This document shows, piece by piece, positions 27,958 to 38,013 of a stretch of 64,000 bases of DNA (position 1 is its first letter; every line of letters begins with the position of its first letter). The DNA is from a virus. The position numbers and the translations under genes were made by a program. The stretch is taken from positions 15,580-79,579 of the IMG/VR virus record IMGVR_UViG_3300018080_000158; one strand, given 5' to 3'. The notes under the pieces were generated by a model, which was given only the letters and a program-made list of their open reading frames with translations, made no database searches and had not been told where the DNA came from.

Positions 27958-30534
27958 TTAGATAGTTAATGGTTTCATTTCTGACAAATTGTATCCGATT
28001 TTAGGTTCTGCTAAAAGGGGAACTTTTAACTCAATACCATAGTCCTTAAACAGGGGAGGATGCTCCATTTCGTTTCGGATTATTGTAGCATACATTGGAA
28101 TGTCTGCATCTTCTTTTACTTCAAATACTAATTCATCATGTATGAAAAGTATAGGAATTATTTCTTCGGGATTAAGATCTCCCTTTCTAAGAAGCTCGTT
28201 TAAGGCTATTAAAACCGTATCGGAACTAGCACCTTGGATTGGAGTGTTTATAGCTTGCCTCTCTGCTTCATTTCTAAGGCCTGCATTTTTTGAGTGTATT
28301 TCAGGCAATCTCCTTCGTCTCCCTAAAGGAGTTTCAACATAACCATGTCTTCTAGCAAACTCCACAATACTCCTATGATAAGTCAATACGCCTCGGTACT
28401 TATTGAAAAAGATATTCATCCATTGTTGGGCTTGATTATTAGATAAGTCAAGGCCATATTCAAGCTTTGCGTATCTTACTAAACCAGGCGCTGACATCTT
28501 AAAGATCAAGCCGAAGTTTACAGGCTTAGCATTTTGTCTGGCCATCTTTTTGCCACGCTCGTCTAAAGAGTTATAAGATGGGCCAGATAATTCCTTACCT
28601 GTTTCCGTATGAATATCTAGTCTAGAATTCTTAAATATGTCAATCATTGATCTATCGTTTGCTACATGAGCACACCACCTTAATTCTGATTGACTCTGAT
28701 CCGGCGCTAATAAAACATAGCCAGGCCTTGCTGCTATTACTTTTCTCACTTGCCCAGCAGATTTGGATCTTTTAGGAACTCCCATCAAGTTAGGGTTTCG
28801 ACAACCGACTCGTCCTGTAACACTTGCCACTAAAGATAAATTAGGATGTATCCTTTCATCTGGTTTTAAAAACTTCTCAAAGCTTTTTATAGTGCGAGTA
28901 TACAACATGTGTTGCTCTTGAAATTCTGCGTAGTAAGTTAAGAAGTCTTGGGCTTTCTTTGGTATTCTATAGCCTGCCAATAGCTGTAACGATTCTTTAT
29001 CGACACTTGGCTGCTTAGATTTCTGAGTCAGTTTAATAGGCTTGAGACCAAATCCACTTTTAGTAAACAAAGCATCCCGTGTTAAATCTCTTCTAGTCAA
29101 AGACAACTTATCAACATGTTCCTTTTTCTCTTTTACTTTCGTAGGAACTTGCTTCAATGCCATTTTTTCGTTCTCGGAGATTAGTGCAAGCAGGTTTTCC
29201 TTCACTTCAGGCAATACCTCAAGGTCTATCGGCACACCGTTTTTCTCCAACACATACAAAGAATGCAGAGTGGGATTGACAAACTTAATTAAGTAATTAG
29301 CCATGCGCCGAGAATGCTTTGCTAGTAATTTTTTACCGATAGTTCTAGCAGCTCTGTAGGTAACATCGGCATCTGCACAAGCATAAGGAAGTAACTCTTT
29401 TTTAGGCACTATAAGCATATCAGATTTGTCATACTTCAAAGAGAAGGCATTGTCATATTGCACAGAGAAATCGGTTAAGAGTCCTTGAATCAAGTTCAAA
29501 TTGGCCATAGCGAATACATTCTCTTCGAGCACATGTGCTCCGGCCTGAACATCGATTACTAATCCCTTTATCTTTGGCTCGTGCCCAGTGTTTTGACAAA
29601 TAAGCTGACGAATAGCATGAAAGTCAAAAGAGGAATGCATCATATACTTTCTAATGTCTTCCCGCTCTAATAACTCAGTCAGCTCGGCAAGTTTTTGATC
29701 GAAGTTTGATGCTTTTCTAATAAACACTTCAGTTTCTATTTTTTTCTTCTTGCCGTGAGATCGTGGCCACACAATAGATAGATCAGACTTAGCCTTAGAT
29801 TTTACTTCCTCATACAATTGCAACCAAACAGCTTTGCCGGCCTGGTTGCACAAAGAGGCACCGATAACAATATAAGGATCTTGTGTCCAGTCCAATCCTT
29901 GACACTCTGTATCCCAAGCAATCGGCAGACCGGCATCTAGTAAAGGTCGAATGCTATCCACTTCTTTGTAGTCAAGTTTTAGCTTGCTGTCAGATTGCTT
30001 ATAGCCCCTATCTTGAAAAGCTTTTACTTCCTTAAGATCAGAAACAAGGATGGGCTGAAGTGCTCTTTTTCTTAAAATATAGGCAGGATGGTAGGCAGGC
30101 ATTACCCACGCATTGAACTCTGAAGACCATACCCAGGCTCCCCTTACCTTAGTAATTTTAGAGCGGTGCAGTATCTGTCTAATTGCTATGTTACCCAAAC
30201 AAACTATTATCTTTGGCTTTAAAGCAAAAAGTAAGGTTTCGATATATCCCCTACAACATTTCAACGTCTGAGTAATTTGACTATTTGTCATCTGATCAAC
30301 TATTATTCTGCATCTAGCAGAGTTAGCAATCATACAATCTTGCCAATTCAAACCAGCAGCAGCGCAACAAACAGTCATAAGATCCCCAGAATCTCCGCAA
30401 AAAGGCTCGCCCTCTATTTCTTCATTATAGCCAGGGGACTCTCCTATTATGACTACCTCTGCTTTTTTGTTACCTGAATACGGCACCTCTGTCTTGCCGT
30501 ATAAAGGACAGTCAGTCTTTTTGCATTGGCCCAT
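27958..30534 (-). CDS. polA: Family A DNA polymerase with N-terminal uracil-DNA glycosylase (family 4) domain
   Basis: GESPG..E...G.PF.G.SG and YHPAYILR (UDG); DTE, YACADAD (exonuclease); DQSQSELR, RQNAKPVNFG, IHDEL (polymerase). Confidence 0.95.
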   Translation of the reverse strand: MGQCKKTDCPLYGKTEVPYSGNKKAEVVIIGESPGYNEEIEGEPFCGDSGDLMTVCCAAAGLNWQDCMIANSARCRIIVDQMTNSQITQTLKCCRGYIETLLFALKPKIIVCLGNIAIRQILHRSKITKVRGAWVWSSEFNAWVMPAYHPAYILRKRALQPILVSDLKEVKAFQDRGYKQSDSKLKLDYKEVDSIRPLLDAGLPIAWDTECQGLDWTQDPYIVIGASLCNQAGKAVWLQLYEEVKSKAKSDLSIVWPRSHGKKKKIETEVFIRKASNFDQKLAELTELLEREDIRKYMMHSSFDFHAIRQLICQNTGHEPKIKGLVIDVQAGAHVLEENVFAMANLNLIQGLLTDFSVQYDNAFSLKYDKSDMLIVPKKELLPYACADADVTYRAARTIGKKLLAKHSRRMANYLIKFVNPTLHSLYVLEKNGVPIDLEVLPEVKENLLALISENEKMALKQVPTKVKEKKEHVDKLSLTRRDLTRDALFTKSGFGLKPIKLTQKSKQPSVDKESLQLLAGYRIPKKAQDFLTYYAEFQEQHMLYTRTIKSFEKFLKPDERIHPNLSLVASVTGRVGCRNPNLMGVPKRSKSAGQVRKVIAARPGYVLLAPDQSQSELRWCAHVANDRSMIDIFKNSRLDIHTETGKELSGPSYNSLDERGKKMARQNAKPVNFGLIFKMSAPGLVRYAKLEYGLDLSNNQAQQWMNIFFNKYRGVLTYHRSIVEFARRHGYVETPLGRRRRLPEIHSKNAGLRNEAERQAINTPIQGASSDTVLIALNELLRKGDLNPEEIIPILFIHDELVFEVKEDADIPMYATIIRNEMEHPPLFKDYGIELKVPLLAEPKIGYNLSEMKPLTI

Positions 30535-30539
30535 AGCAG

Positions 30540-31256
30540 TTATCCTTCCTTTGGAGTTTCAAGAACTCCATCAGGATCTTGAATGGGCATTACTAATCCA
30601 ACTACCCCAGACCATCCTTGATTTTTCACTCGCACTTGTAAAGGCCTCAAACCTTTTACAGTGTCGGCAAAAAAAGAAGCAGTGGAATATCTATACAGTA
30701 TGTAGTCAAGATAAGAAGGTTGTATAGAAACCATAGTACCCTTTTTCTCATTCACCATCCAAATAGCTTCAATACCTCCAAGCTCAGGAACTACCCAAGT
30801 GCTGGGCTTTACTTCAGCCCACTTCGTTCCAGCCAACCCACTTTTAATTGACTCGGCAATGTCCTTTCTGGCATCAGACGCAGCCTCTCTTGCTTCCATT
30901 GCTTTATCTGGCAACCCGACCATAGCAATTTGACCATTAGTGTAGTACTTCTTTTTTTGGTAAGTACCAGTAAGCCATGTATGCTTCAAAGCAAACAAAG
31001 CTTTTGGATCTGCTTTGGCCCTTTTCTCAAACGGCAAACCCTTCTTAAGCATTTCAGACCTCTCTCGCACTTTTTCTGCTTGCTTAAGACCTAGGGAAGT
31101 AAGCTTCCCATTGGTAGCAATCAAAGAAGCTTTTACCAAACGAGGTACAGACTCAGGGTCTTTAACAATCATCCTATCTTTTAAATCGATAGTGCCTGTT
31201 TCTACATCTGCCTTGCCCAACAAGTACACATCTTGCGGTTTCAATTGAACGGCCAT
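30540..31256 (-). CDS. Hypothetical protein
   Basis: Likely start MAVQLK after the promoter; YTNG...V.IQPSY...GLVMPI. Confidence 0.7.
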   Translation of the reverse strand: MAVQLKPQDVYLLGKADVETGTIDLKDRMIVKDPESVPRLVKASLIATNGKLTSLGLKQAEKVRERSEMLKKGLPFEKRAKADPKALFALKHTWLTGTYQKKKYYTNGQIAMVGLPDKAMEAREAASDARKDIAESIKSGLAGTKWAEVKPSTWVVPELGGIEAIWMVNEKKGTMVSIQPSYLDYILYRYSTASFFADTVKGLRPLQVRVKNQGWSGVVGLVMPIQDPDGVLETPKEG

Positions 31257-31305
31257 TTTTCGCCCCCTTAAGATATAGAGTTTTGACAAAAAATCTTCAC
31301 TGAGA

Positions 31306-31334
31306 CATATAGCATAGCTTAAATTTTTTGTCAA
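31306..31334 (-). promoter_or_regulatory. Sigma70-like promoter for the polA-portal-MuF operon
   Basis: TTGACA-N17-TATATG with TG; 28-nt identity with the 22281 copy. Confidence 0.65.
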
Positions 31335-31352
31335 GTCTTTATGCCTTAAGGC

Positions 31353-31390
31353 AAAATAAAGGGCTACTTTCAGACGATTGAAAGTAGCCC
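31353..31390 (-). terminator. Intrinsic terminator built on dispersed palindrome copy 4
   Basis: 12-bp stem GGGCTACTTTCA/TGAAAGTAGCCC followed by TTTATTTT on the minus strand. Confidence 0.7.
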
Positions 31391-31406
31391 CAAAACGCAG
31401 AAACTC

Positions 31407-31898
31407 TTACATGGCTTCACTTTCAGCCAGATCCAAAGGAATTTCCATACCCGGATTGTTTCTACTAAAAGCCGCTGCGAGCTGCCACCCTGAATCGATG
31501 CCTGAAAGGAAGTAATAAAGGTATCCTAACTGGAAAGCGTCCACTTCAAAAACAGGAGCACTCATATCTAAGCCGGTTGCCAAGGCCAAATCATCAAAGG
31601 CAGCAGTAATGGCCTGATCTTGGTCAGGCCCTATAAGCTGTAGCAGTGTTGATATCTTTAAAGAGAGATCGCTTTCGTCTGCTTGCAATCCATTCAAAGA
31701 GGAGATAAACCCATTGAAACTCTCTGAGTCGGAATATTGCTTGTAAAGCAACACACCAAGACCACGACCAACCATACGAATCTGAGCGGTGGATTGGCTG
31801 TCTTGTCCGTTTTGAGTAGTAGCGCACGAGACAAAAGAAAAACCGGCCACTAGAACAATCAGAGCCAACAACAAACCATTAATCATCTTCTTTGTCAT
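31407..31898 (-). CDS. Lipoprotein (lysis-associated?)
   Basis: Signal peptide with FVSC lipobox-like site; follows the endolysin. Confidence 0.65.
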   Translation of the reverse strand: MTKKMINGLLLALIVLVAGFSFVSCATTQNGQDSQSTAQIRMVGRGLGVLLYKQYSDSESFNGFISSLNGLQADESDLSLKISTLLQLIGPDQDQAITAAFDDLALATGLDMSAPVFEVDAFQLGYLYYFLSGIDSGWQLAAAFSRNNPGMEIPLDLAESEAM

Positions 31899-32079
31899 TA
31901 CACACCTCCATTAGCTTCTTTTTTAGTTTGCACATCTCTTTTACTAGCTCCTTTGAATTACGCCACCTCCTTTGCCCTGTAAAGTAAGAATAGAATCTAT
32001 CATAAAACTCCAAAAACCAAAGACACCTACACAAGACATGTAGCGGATTCAACTTATGGTTTAAGATATTCCGAAGCAT
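31879..32079 (-). CDS. Hypothetical protein
   Basis: Between the amidase and the lipoprotein. Confidence 0.45.
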   Translation of the reverse strand: MLRNILNHKLNPLHVLCRCLWFLEFYDRFYSYFTGQRRWRNSKELVKEMCKLKKKLMEVCNDKEDD

Positions 32080-32084
32080 TAGAC

Positions 32085-32531
32085 TTATAGATGCTTCTGC
32101 TCTACTAATGATCTGAATAGATCCAAATCAAAAGCTTTGCCTGGGCAAGTTTTACTACCTCCAATTAAGTCTCTATGCCCTACAATATTGCTTACTGGAA
32201 TATGATAAACCTTACAAATCCAAGTTGCCAGCCGAGCCCCTGCATATAGTTGAGTTTGAGAAGGAGCGTGTGTATCAAAACATCCAACAAAGCAAATCCC
32301 AATAGAGTTGTTGTTATGTCCTAAACAATGAGCGCCTTTCACATTAGGCATTCTACCCATTAAAATCTCATAGTGATCTCTGATATACTCAATGCCAAAA
32401 TGATATCCTATATCAGACCAGCCCAAAGTCTCAGTATGGTAGCGACGTATGGCATTCCAAGAAACTGTATTGCTATCCTCAGTCAAACTATGATGGATTA
32501 CTAAGATATCAGGGACCATTTGCTTATCCAT
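32085..32531 (-). CDS. N-acetylmuramoyl-L-alanine amidase endolysin (Amidase_2, T7 lysozyme-like)
   Basis: VIHHS, GWSDIGYHF, GAHC.G.N..SIGIC, GHRD...KTCPG. Confidence 0.93.
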   Translation of the reverse strand: MDKQMVPDILVIHHSLTEDSNTVSWNAIRRYHTETLGWSDIGYHFGIEYIRDHYEILMGRMPNVKGAHCLGHNNNSIGICFVGCFDTHAPSQTQLYAGARLATWICKVYHIPVSNIVGHRDLIGGSKTCPGKAFDLDLFRSLVEQKHL

Positions 32532-33529
32532 TCGTCAATGTCGATAGAAGTCCGCTCTCTTATATGACTCCTGTGGTTTTCACAAGTATTCAACACATCG
32601 TGCAATAAAATTCTAGTTCTTCTTGGAGATCCTTTTATAGCGTTCTTGGCATAACGCTCGGCCCAGACTTTGCCTAATGTTACATATGTTGCCAGTAAAC
32701 GATTTCTGTGGTAGTCATCATAATTCCAGTTGTAGCCCCTCTTATCTCCATGGTGGCGCAAAGGCCCTCCTGGCATCAGCCATACATTCCTTCCAGTAAC
32801 AGCCATTGCCCAATTCCAAAAATTCTCCCCTCCCCCGTAGATACCAAGCTCTTTCGGCCATCCTCCAAGATCATCATATATTTGACGGGAAACAATCATC
32901 CCGCAAGTACTCATACAAGGCCTAGTAAAAGGGATTATTTTAGAAGAGTCAAAAGAACAAAATTTGTAATGAAGCACTCCCTTCTCTGGTTTAGCTACCA
33001 GCCTGTACATTAAAACTCTATGCTCTATAATGCTATACGTTAAAGGAAGATGCAAAGATCCGTTGAGTCCTTCATGATGATCGATGTAGTACTTGCAAGC
33101 ATTCGCTAATGAATTTCTAGACGGTAGGCAGTGAGCGTCGCAAAACAAAAAAACATTGCCACGAGCACACTCAGCAGCAAAATTTTTACATTGCCAATGG
33201 CTGAGTTTGCCTTTATATTTCAAAATTCTGAGCCAGGGAAGGCCTTTCATCAAAGCTTTGTCAGTAAATATTCTATGTCCTCTGTCAGGCTCACGTAATT
33301 GCTTACGTTCTACTTCGTCACACCAGTTGTCAACTGCAATTACTTCAAATGAAAAAGATCGATCCTTCAGCTCTTCATATAAAGCTTGCAGAGTAAATAC
33401 TAAGCTAGGCCATTCATTTACAAATGGAACGATTACGGATACCATATTGCTGCCGGGCTTTTTTGTTTGAATTCTAAAGGTCTTAGTAGTTATTTGCTCC
33501 TCCGTCTTTCCGCTCTCTGCCTCTGACAT
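32501..33529 (-). CDS. GT-A glycosyltransferase resembling polypeptide GalNAc-transferase (GT27-like/GT2)
   Basis: VSVIVPFVNE, AVDN, FCDAHC (DxH), LGGW...GIYGGGEN (cf. WGGEN). Confidence 0.8.
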   Translation of the reverse strand: MSEAESGKTEEQITTKTFRIQTKKPGSNMVSVIVPFVNEWPSLVFTLQALYEELKDRSFSFEVIAVDNWCDEVERKQLREPDRGHRIFTDKALMKGLPWLRILKYKGKLSHWQCKNFAAECARGNVFLFCDAHCLPSRNSLANACKYYIDHHEGLNGSLHLPLTYSIIEHRVLMYRLVAKPEKGVLHYKFCSFDSSKIIPFTRPCMSTCGMIVSRQIYDDLGGWPKELGIYGGGENFWNWAMAVTGRNVWLMPGGPLRHHGDKRGYNWNYDDYHRNRLLATYVTLGKVWAERYAKNAIKGSPRRTRILLHDVLNTCENHRSHIRERTSIDIDEWISKWSLIS

Positions 33530-33547
33530 TGCTCACTCCTTTCTAAT

Positions 33548-33952
33548 TTATCCGATGGATGCTTCGTTAATAATACACCGCTTTACACCTTTCAAATATG
33601 CTGCTTCGCTATGACTCAAAAGTTTACTATCTACATGATACGGAATATTTACTGCACTTGATACTAGCCTAGACAACAAATGATGGTATTGAGTATTGCT
33701 AACATGCGACATTACTTGCCTAGTCAAACAGCATATTTTGCTTTCGCTGGCATCTGGGATTTTCATATGTAAAAATTCATGGATCAGAGTTCTACAAATA
33801 CAACTAGAAGGGTCTACAACAATCCACCAGTTATTCGGATCAAATATACCGTCTGTTCGGCCCTTCAACCTTTGCAAGTAGATAGGAATTGAACCTGTCT
33901 TCAATTGACGATAAATCCACCATAATATTCTATCAGCCTGTTTTTTAGTCAT
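33548..33952 (-). CDS. Zincin-like HExxH protein
   Basis: TLIHEFLH...E. Confidence 0.6.
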   Translation of the reverse strand: MTKKQADRILWWIYRQLKTGSIPIYLQRLKGRTDGIFDPNNWWIVVDPSSCICRTLIHEFLHMKIPDASESKICCLTRQVMSHVSNTQYHHLLSRLVSSAVNIPYHVDSKLLSHSEAAYLKGVKRCIINEASIG

Positions 33953-33956
33953 CCCC

Positions 33957-34406
33957 CTAATCCATCAGTAACAAGTAGTAAATAGCAGGAAGTGAAAATT
34001 TCTTAACACTAACAAGGGGCATCTCAAACTCATACCATTCGCACCAATCAGAACAAATCTCCCCTAGAATACTATACTTACAAGCAGAAGCACTTGCCTC
34101 AAAACATCCGGCAGTAAGAGTAGTAAAGAAATCAATACTCATATCGGCCTTGATACCTGCATAATCTTTCCAAGACTCCAGACCTGACAAGTCATTGACT
34201 GCAATGTAATAAAAATCAACCCTACTTTTCGGAGCGTCACAAACAAAACTAACTGGGTACTTTCTCGGATACCGGGCTTCCGCACCAGGAAGGACTTGAA
34301 AAACTTCTTCAGGCAATTCTTTAAATACTTTAGTCTTTGGAGCGCACCCTGAAATTACTAGTAGCAACACTATACATATACAGAGTTTACTCCCAGCCGT
34401 CTTCAC
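33957..34406 (-). CDS. Putative lipoprotein
   Basis: LLVISGC lipobox. Confidence 0.6.
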   Translation of the reverse strand: MKTAGSKLCICIVLLLVISGCAPKTKVFKELPEEVFQVLPGAEARYPRKYPVSFVCDAPKSRVDFYYIAVNDLSGLESWKDYAGIKADMSIDFFTTLTAGCFEASASACKYSILGEICSDWCEWYEFEMPLVSVKKFSLPAIYYLLLMD

Positions 34407-34842
34407 TTTTACTTCCTAAAGTACTTCCAAGATTTCTTGGATTTGCTGCCTCTATCGCTCTCATCCTGCACTCTATGCTATCGGTACGCTCGACCAATTC
34501 AGCAATACGTTCTGCGTAGTATTTCTCCATCCACTCAAGCTTCAACTCGGAGTATTGGCAGCAAGCCTCTATGCGAGCACTTACTTCCGAAACTTTGCTA
34601 TTGACATTTCCAGAACACTTAGAGGATACTGAGATATTAGCAATCTGCATTCCGAAAATACCAACACCAAGAGCAAATACTCCGGCCATTGACCAGAAGA
34701 ATAAAGCATTTGAGATCTTTTTCTGTCCAAGTATCTTGATGTCGTTTGAATTGCTTTCCAGTATGTTAGTAATAAGCGCAAACGTCTTTTGTAACCATTC
34801 GTCTTCGCTCTTACCTTCTTTATCTGGCAAGTATATCTCCAT
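34387..34842 (-). CDS. Single-TM coiled-coil protein (holin/antiholin-like?)
   Basis: One TM segment followed by coiled coil. Confidence 0.5.
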   Translation of the reverse strand: MEIYLPDKEGKSEDEWLQKTFALITNILESNSNDIKILGQKKISNALFFWSMAGVFALGVGIFGMQIANISVSSKCSGNVNSKVSEVSARIEACCQYSELKLEWMEKYYAERIAELVERTDSIECRMRAIEAANPRNLGSTLGSKSEDGWE

Positions 34843-35251
34843 GTCGCATCCCCTTTGCAGACGGAATGGTCACAATCAAAAAACTTGCTTCCTGGCAAAT
34901 TACTGCTTTGTGCGGAGTATTTTCAGGTATAAAAATGAACCCTCCACGCTTAGCTTTCTTTTTGATGCCAGGCATAACACATCCAACAACGCCACTTATT
35001 ACTAAGTAGTACTCAACGGCTGTCTCGTGCTTGTGCGTTTTACACTCTGACCCCTCCGGCCCAGAAGCAAGGGCTACTGCATACTGATCGTCTTTATCTG
35101 ATACAAGCACAGTTTGAGTAATAGGGCCTCCTTTAAGGCACTGGATAGTTCTCACCGGCTTCTTGCTACTGAGTAATGCAGACAACTCAGGAACATCCGC
35201 AATCCTGCGCTTTAGCTGCATCAAATCATCAATCCTTTGAGCATTAGACAT
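34820..35251 (-). CDS. Cupin domain protein
   Basis: H.H...EYYLVISG...IPENTPH. Confidence 0.85.
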   Translation of the reverse strand: MSNAQRIDDLMQLKRRIADVPELSALLSSKKPVRTIQCLKGGPITQTVLVSDKDDQYAVALASGPEGSECKTHKHETAVEYYLVISGVVGCVMPGIKKKAKRGGFIFIPENTPHKAVICQEASFLIVTIPSAKGMRHGDILAR

Positions 35252-35267
35252 TTAACTCACCTCCTTC

Positions 35268-37205
35268 TTAGCTCCAACTTGCTTCAGGCCATACATACAA
35301 CTCGTCATTGGATTCGTAGTCTTGTAAGTAAAGCCTGATTCTAACCCAGCCCTCTGTTCCAACAGTAAACGTGTCAGAAATACTTTGTGTCCAATCCGCA
35401 GCATTTGATCTTGTTGTTACTGCTGTTGCTTCCTCAGTCGCAGTCTGCACATCTCCAGACCCATCCAAGTAGTCAATCTCCATCTTGATATCACCTGCGC
35501 CGAGGGAAGCATAAGTAGTTTGCAGCTTGTAGGTTACTGTGTATGCAGCAGCAGTCTTCCAGTATTCGTGCTCGAAAATACGGACGTTATGCGGGTCATC
35601 ACAATTACTGAGCGCTGTGGCTTCAATAGCGTCACCAGTGCTGCCATCAGGATCTTGACTAGGATAATCGCCAGTCCCATCACAAGGAACTTTGGTTGTT
35701 GCGCCAAACGAACTATAGATTCGGTGTGCATTAGCAGTTTGATCATAATACTCAAATCTAAGGTAGTGTCCGCTGTGACTCTGATTATTTCTAGTGCTGG
35801 TAAAGGTAAGTCCACCAGACGGCACTTTGCAATTAATAAAATCATAGTTGCCAGCAACCTCATCGGCAAGGTTTATATCACTGAAGACACAGTCGATTTG
35901 GTTATCATCTGCATCCCAACCAAACGTACAATTAATATACGTCTGATCTGCTTTATTCAAAAGGTAGTCGTAGCCATAAAAATAGCAATCTTTATAAACA
36001 ATACCTACTCCTAAGTTTAGCGTCGAACAAGCCGCAAAAGTACAGTTCTCATATGTAGCGGACGAACCATAAAGACCAGATCCTCCGCCAATAAATATTG
36101 TATTCTTAACCAACGTATCTCCTCGAACCCTGTTCTCAACTCTGACTCCTCCATAAAGATAACCTCCATCTACTACACAGCCGTCAAGTGTGGCAAGAGA
36201 TGTACCTGTACCAAACGAACTTATATCAGAAAGGGTATCTCCTCCGTCAAACCCGAAATAAGAGGATGCAGTATCTCCAATGGCTGCATTACTTACGTTG
36301 GCTGTGCCATTACTCCCGTAAGTCCCGCCTCTCTCAAGCCCTTCACATGCATACACTTGAATGTCATGCAATTCAGTGTTGCTGTTAAACCTGAAAAATG
36401 GCTTATTGGTCGGACAAGATCCATCTGGAACCTCCCCAAGCTGATAGTATTTAACATTTCTTGAGACATTGATTATATATGAAGTCCAAGAGCTGCCTAC
36501 TCCAGCAGCACAGGTCACATTTCCATCAAGATTAACAATCGTCCCATCCCCACCATCAAAACTATTTATTTTTCTGACTATCGTATCAGTTGTATAGGAA
36601 TCATGTTGTTTATGTTCATGGATGACAACATAGTCATTTGCATTCCACTTGGCCGACATATCGGTACTTGTCTTGATAGCGGCATCTCCATCTGTATTCT
36701 CAGCATCATTTGCCAATGTGTCATTAAAGGCTGCACCATAGTAGTCTTCGTCCCCATACATAGTCAGAGTGCCATTACTCGTTAGACCTTTTGAATCATC
36801 ACTGGTGCAGTTAAATATAATCTCTGCTGTCGTACCATCTGGAATAGGAGTGCCAGAGGTGCCTACATTCAGTGTTCCCCCAGAGTCAATAGTGAAAGTA
36901 TTATTACCAAAAGTGATCTTGGTATTGGAATCTGTCTTAAAGGTCAAAATCCCACCGCTCTGAATTGTAGAGTCTCCAAGCTCATTCGTCTCGGAGACAT
37001 TGTAAGTAACGGTATGTCCATTTGCTATAGTAAAAGTGTCTCCAGCGTTTCCAGGCCAGTCAGTCCCCTTTGCCCCAGGAGAAGCATTTCCCCAAGTGGC
37101 CCCATCGTCCCAGTCTCCTGTTTGGCTACTAGTAAAAGCAGCAGCAAAACCAATGGATACAGAGGCTAAGAAAGTCAGCAGGCATATTGCCAAGATCTTT
37201 TTCAT
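35268..37205 (-). CDS. Secreted G8/beta-helix fibre-like protein, paralog B
   Basis: Sec signal peptide; S.QTGDWDD..TWG G8-like start; beta-helix-like repeats; C-terminal domain shared with 37967-39871. Confidence 0.65.
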   Translation of the reverse strand: MKKILAICLLTFLASVSIGFAAAFTSSQTGDWDDGATWGNASPGAKGTDWPGNAGDTFTIANGHTVTYNVSETNELGDSTIQSGGILTFKTDSNTKITFGNNTFTIDSGGTLNVGTSGTPIPDGTTAEIIFNCTSDDSKGLTSNGTLTMYGDEDYYGAAFNDTLANDAENTDGDAAIKTSTDMSAKWNANDYVVIHEHKQHDSYTTDTIVRKINSFDGGDGTIVNLDGNVTCAAGVGSSWTSYIINVSRNVKYYQLGEVPDGSCPTNKPFFRFNSNTELHDIQVYACEGLERGGTYGSNGTANVSNAAIGDTASSYFGFDGGDTLSDISSFGTGTSLATLDGCVVDGGYLYGGVRVENRVRGDTLVKNTIFIGGGSGLYGSSATYENCTFAACSTLNLGVGIVYKDCYFYGYDYLLNKADQTYINCTFGWDADDNQIDCVFSDINLADEVAGNYDFINCKVPSGGLTFTSTRNNQSHSGHYLRFEYYDQTANAHRIYSSFGATTKVPCDGTGDYPSQDPDGSTGDAIEATALSNCDDPHNVRIFEHEYWKTAAAYTVTYKLQTTYASLGAGDIKMEIDYLDGSGDVQTATEEATAVTTRSNAADWTQSISDTFTVGTEGWVRIRLYLQDYESNDELYVWPEASWS

Positions 37206-37595
37206 TTATTTCTCCTTTGTTGGTAGATCAGAGAGCGAATCTCCTATAGACAGATACTTCTTCTCAATGAGTAGATCCACAACTTCTGATTCGTAATATT
37301 TTTTCTCTGGCTCAGGTCCTGGGTTTTCTAATCTGTCGATCATCTTGCTGACTCTTGCCTCAATGTCTTTGACAATGGGCTTTTTCTCAAACGATGTAGT
37401 AAAAGCATAATCCTTACTGTCAGCATCCCGTAGAACAAAACCCTGCTCATACCCCCACGGTACAGGCTGAAGGGTATCATACTCAACAGACCAGCCCTCA
37501 TGACCACTTACAGCCTGGAACTTCGCCTCGCTGATACTTGGAAGACATAGCGTAACAAAACAGACTACAAATACTATTCTACTTATCCAATACAT
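37206..37595 (-). CDS. Secreted small partner protein, paralog B
   Basis: Signal peptide; PWG.E...FEKKP...NPGP...Y.ESEVVDLLI.K.YL. Confidence 0.7.
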   Translation of the reverse strand: MYWISRIVFVVCFVTLCLPSISEAKFQAVSGHEGWSVEYDTLQPVPWGYEQGFVLRDADSKDYAFTTSFEKKPIVKDIEARVSKMIDRLENPGPEPEKKYYESEVVDLLIEKKYLSIGDSLSDLPTKEK

Positions 37596-37635
37596 AGCTC
37601 CCTCCATAGCTCCAGGTTGGAGCGGTTGTTGACAT
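37579..37635 (-). repeat. 57-bp duplicate of 39855-39911 (mini-ORF MSTTAPTWSYGGSYVLDK)
   Basis: 53/57 identical by direct comparison. Confidence 0.85.
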
Positions 37636-37638
37636 CCG

Positions 37639-38013
37639 TTATTCCTTACACAAATCTGCCAAGTCATCAAGGCTCTGTCCTTTCTTGAGATAGCACTTCT
37701 TGATAAGCAGCTCGACTACCTCACTCTCTAAATAGGTCTGCTCAGATCCAGGACCTGGGTTGTCGATCTTTGTTTTCAGGTTAGTTGTTCGTCTCGCCAA
37801 CTCTGTCTTAATCTGCTCTGCTGTTGGCTTCTTCTTAAAAGTCATAACCACAGGGTACAAATGATTAGTGTCTTTGTCAGTTACACTGGCTCTTACTTCA
37901 AAGCCCCAAGCTCTAGGCTGGACCTCCTGAGTCTTGCGAACCTGAAGATCAGTCGCAAAACAAAGACTAGGAAGTAGTAATAACAGCCAGAGGGTCAATG
38001 TAAATTTTGTCAT
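37639..38013 (-). CDS. Secreted small partner protein, paralog A
   Basis: Signal peptide; AWGFE...FKKKP...NPGP...YLESEVVELLIKK.YL. Confidence 0.7.
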   Translation of the reverse strand: MTKFTLTLWLLLLLPSLCFATDLQVRKTQEVQPRAWGFEVRASVTDKDTNHLYPVVMTFKKKPTAEQIKTELARRTTNLKTKIDNPGPGSEQTYLESEVVELLIKKCYLKKGQSLDDLADLCKE

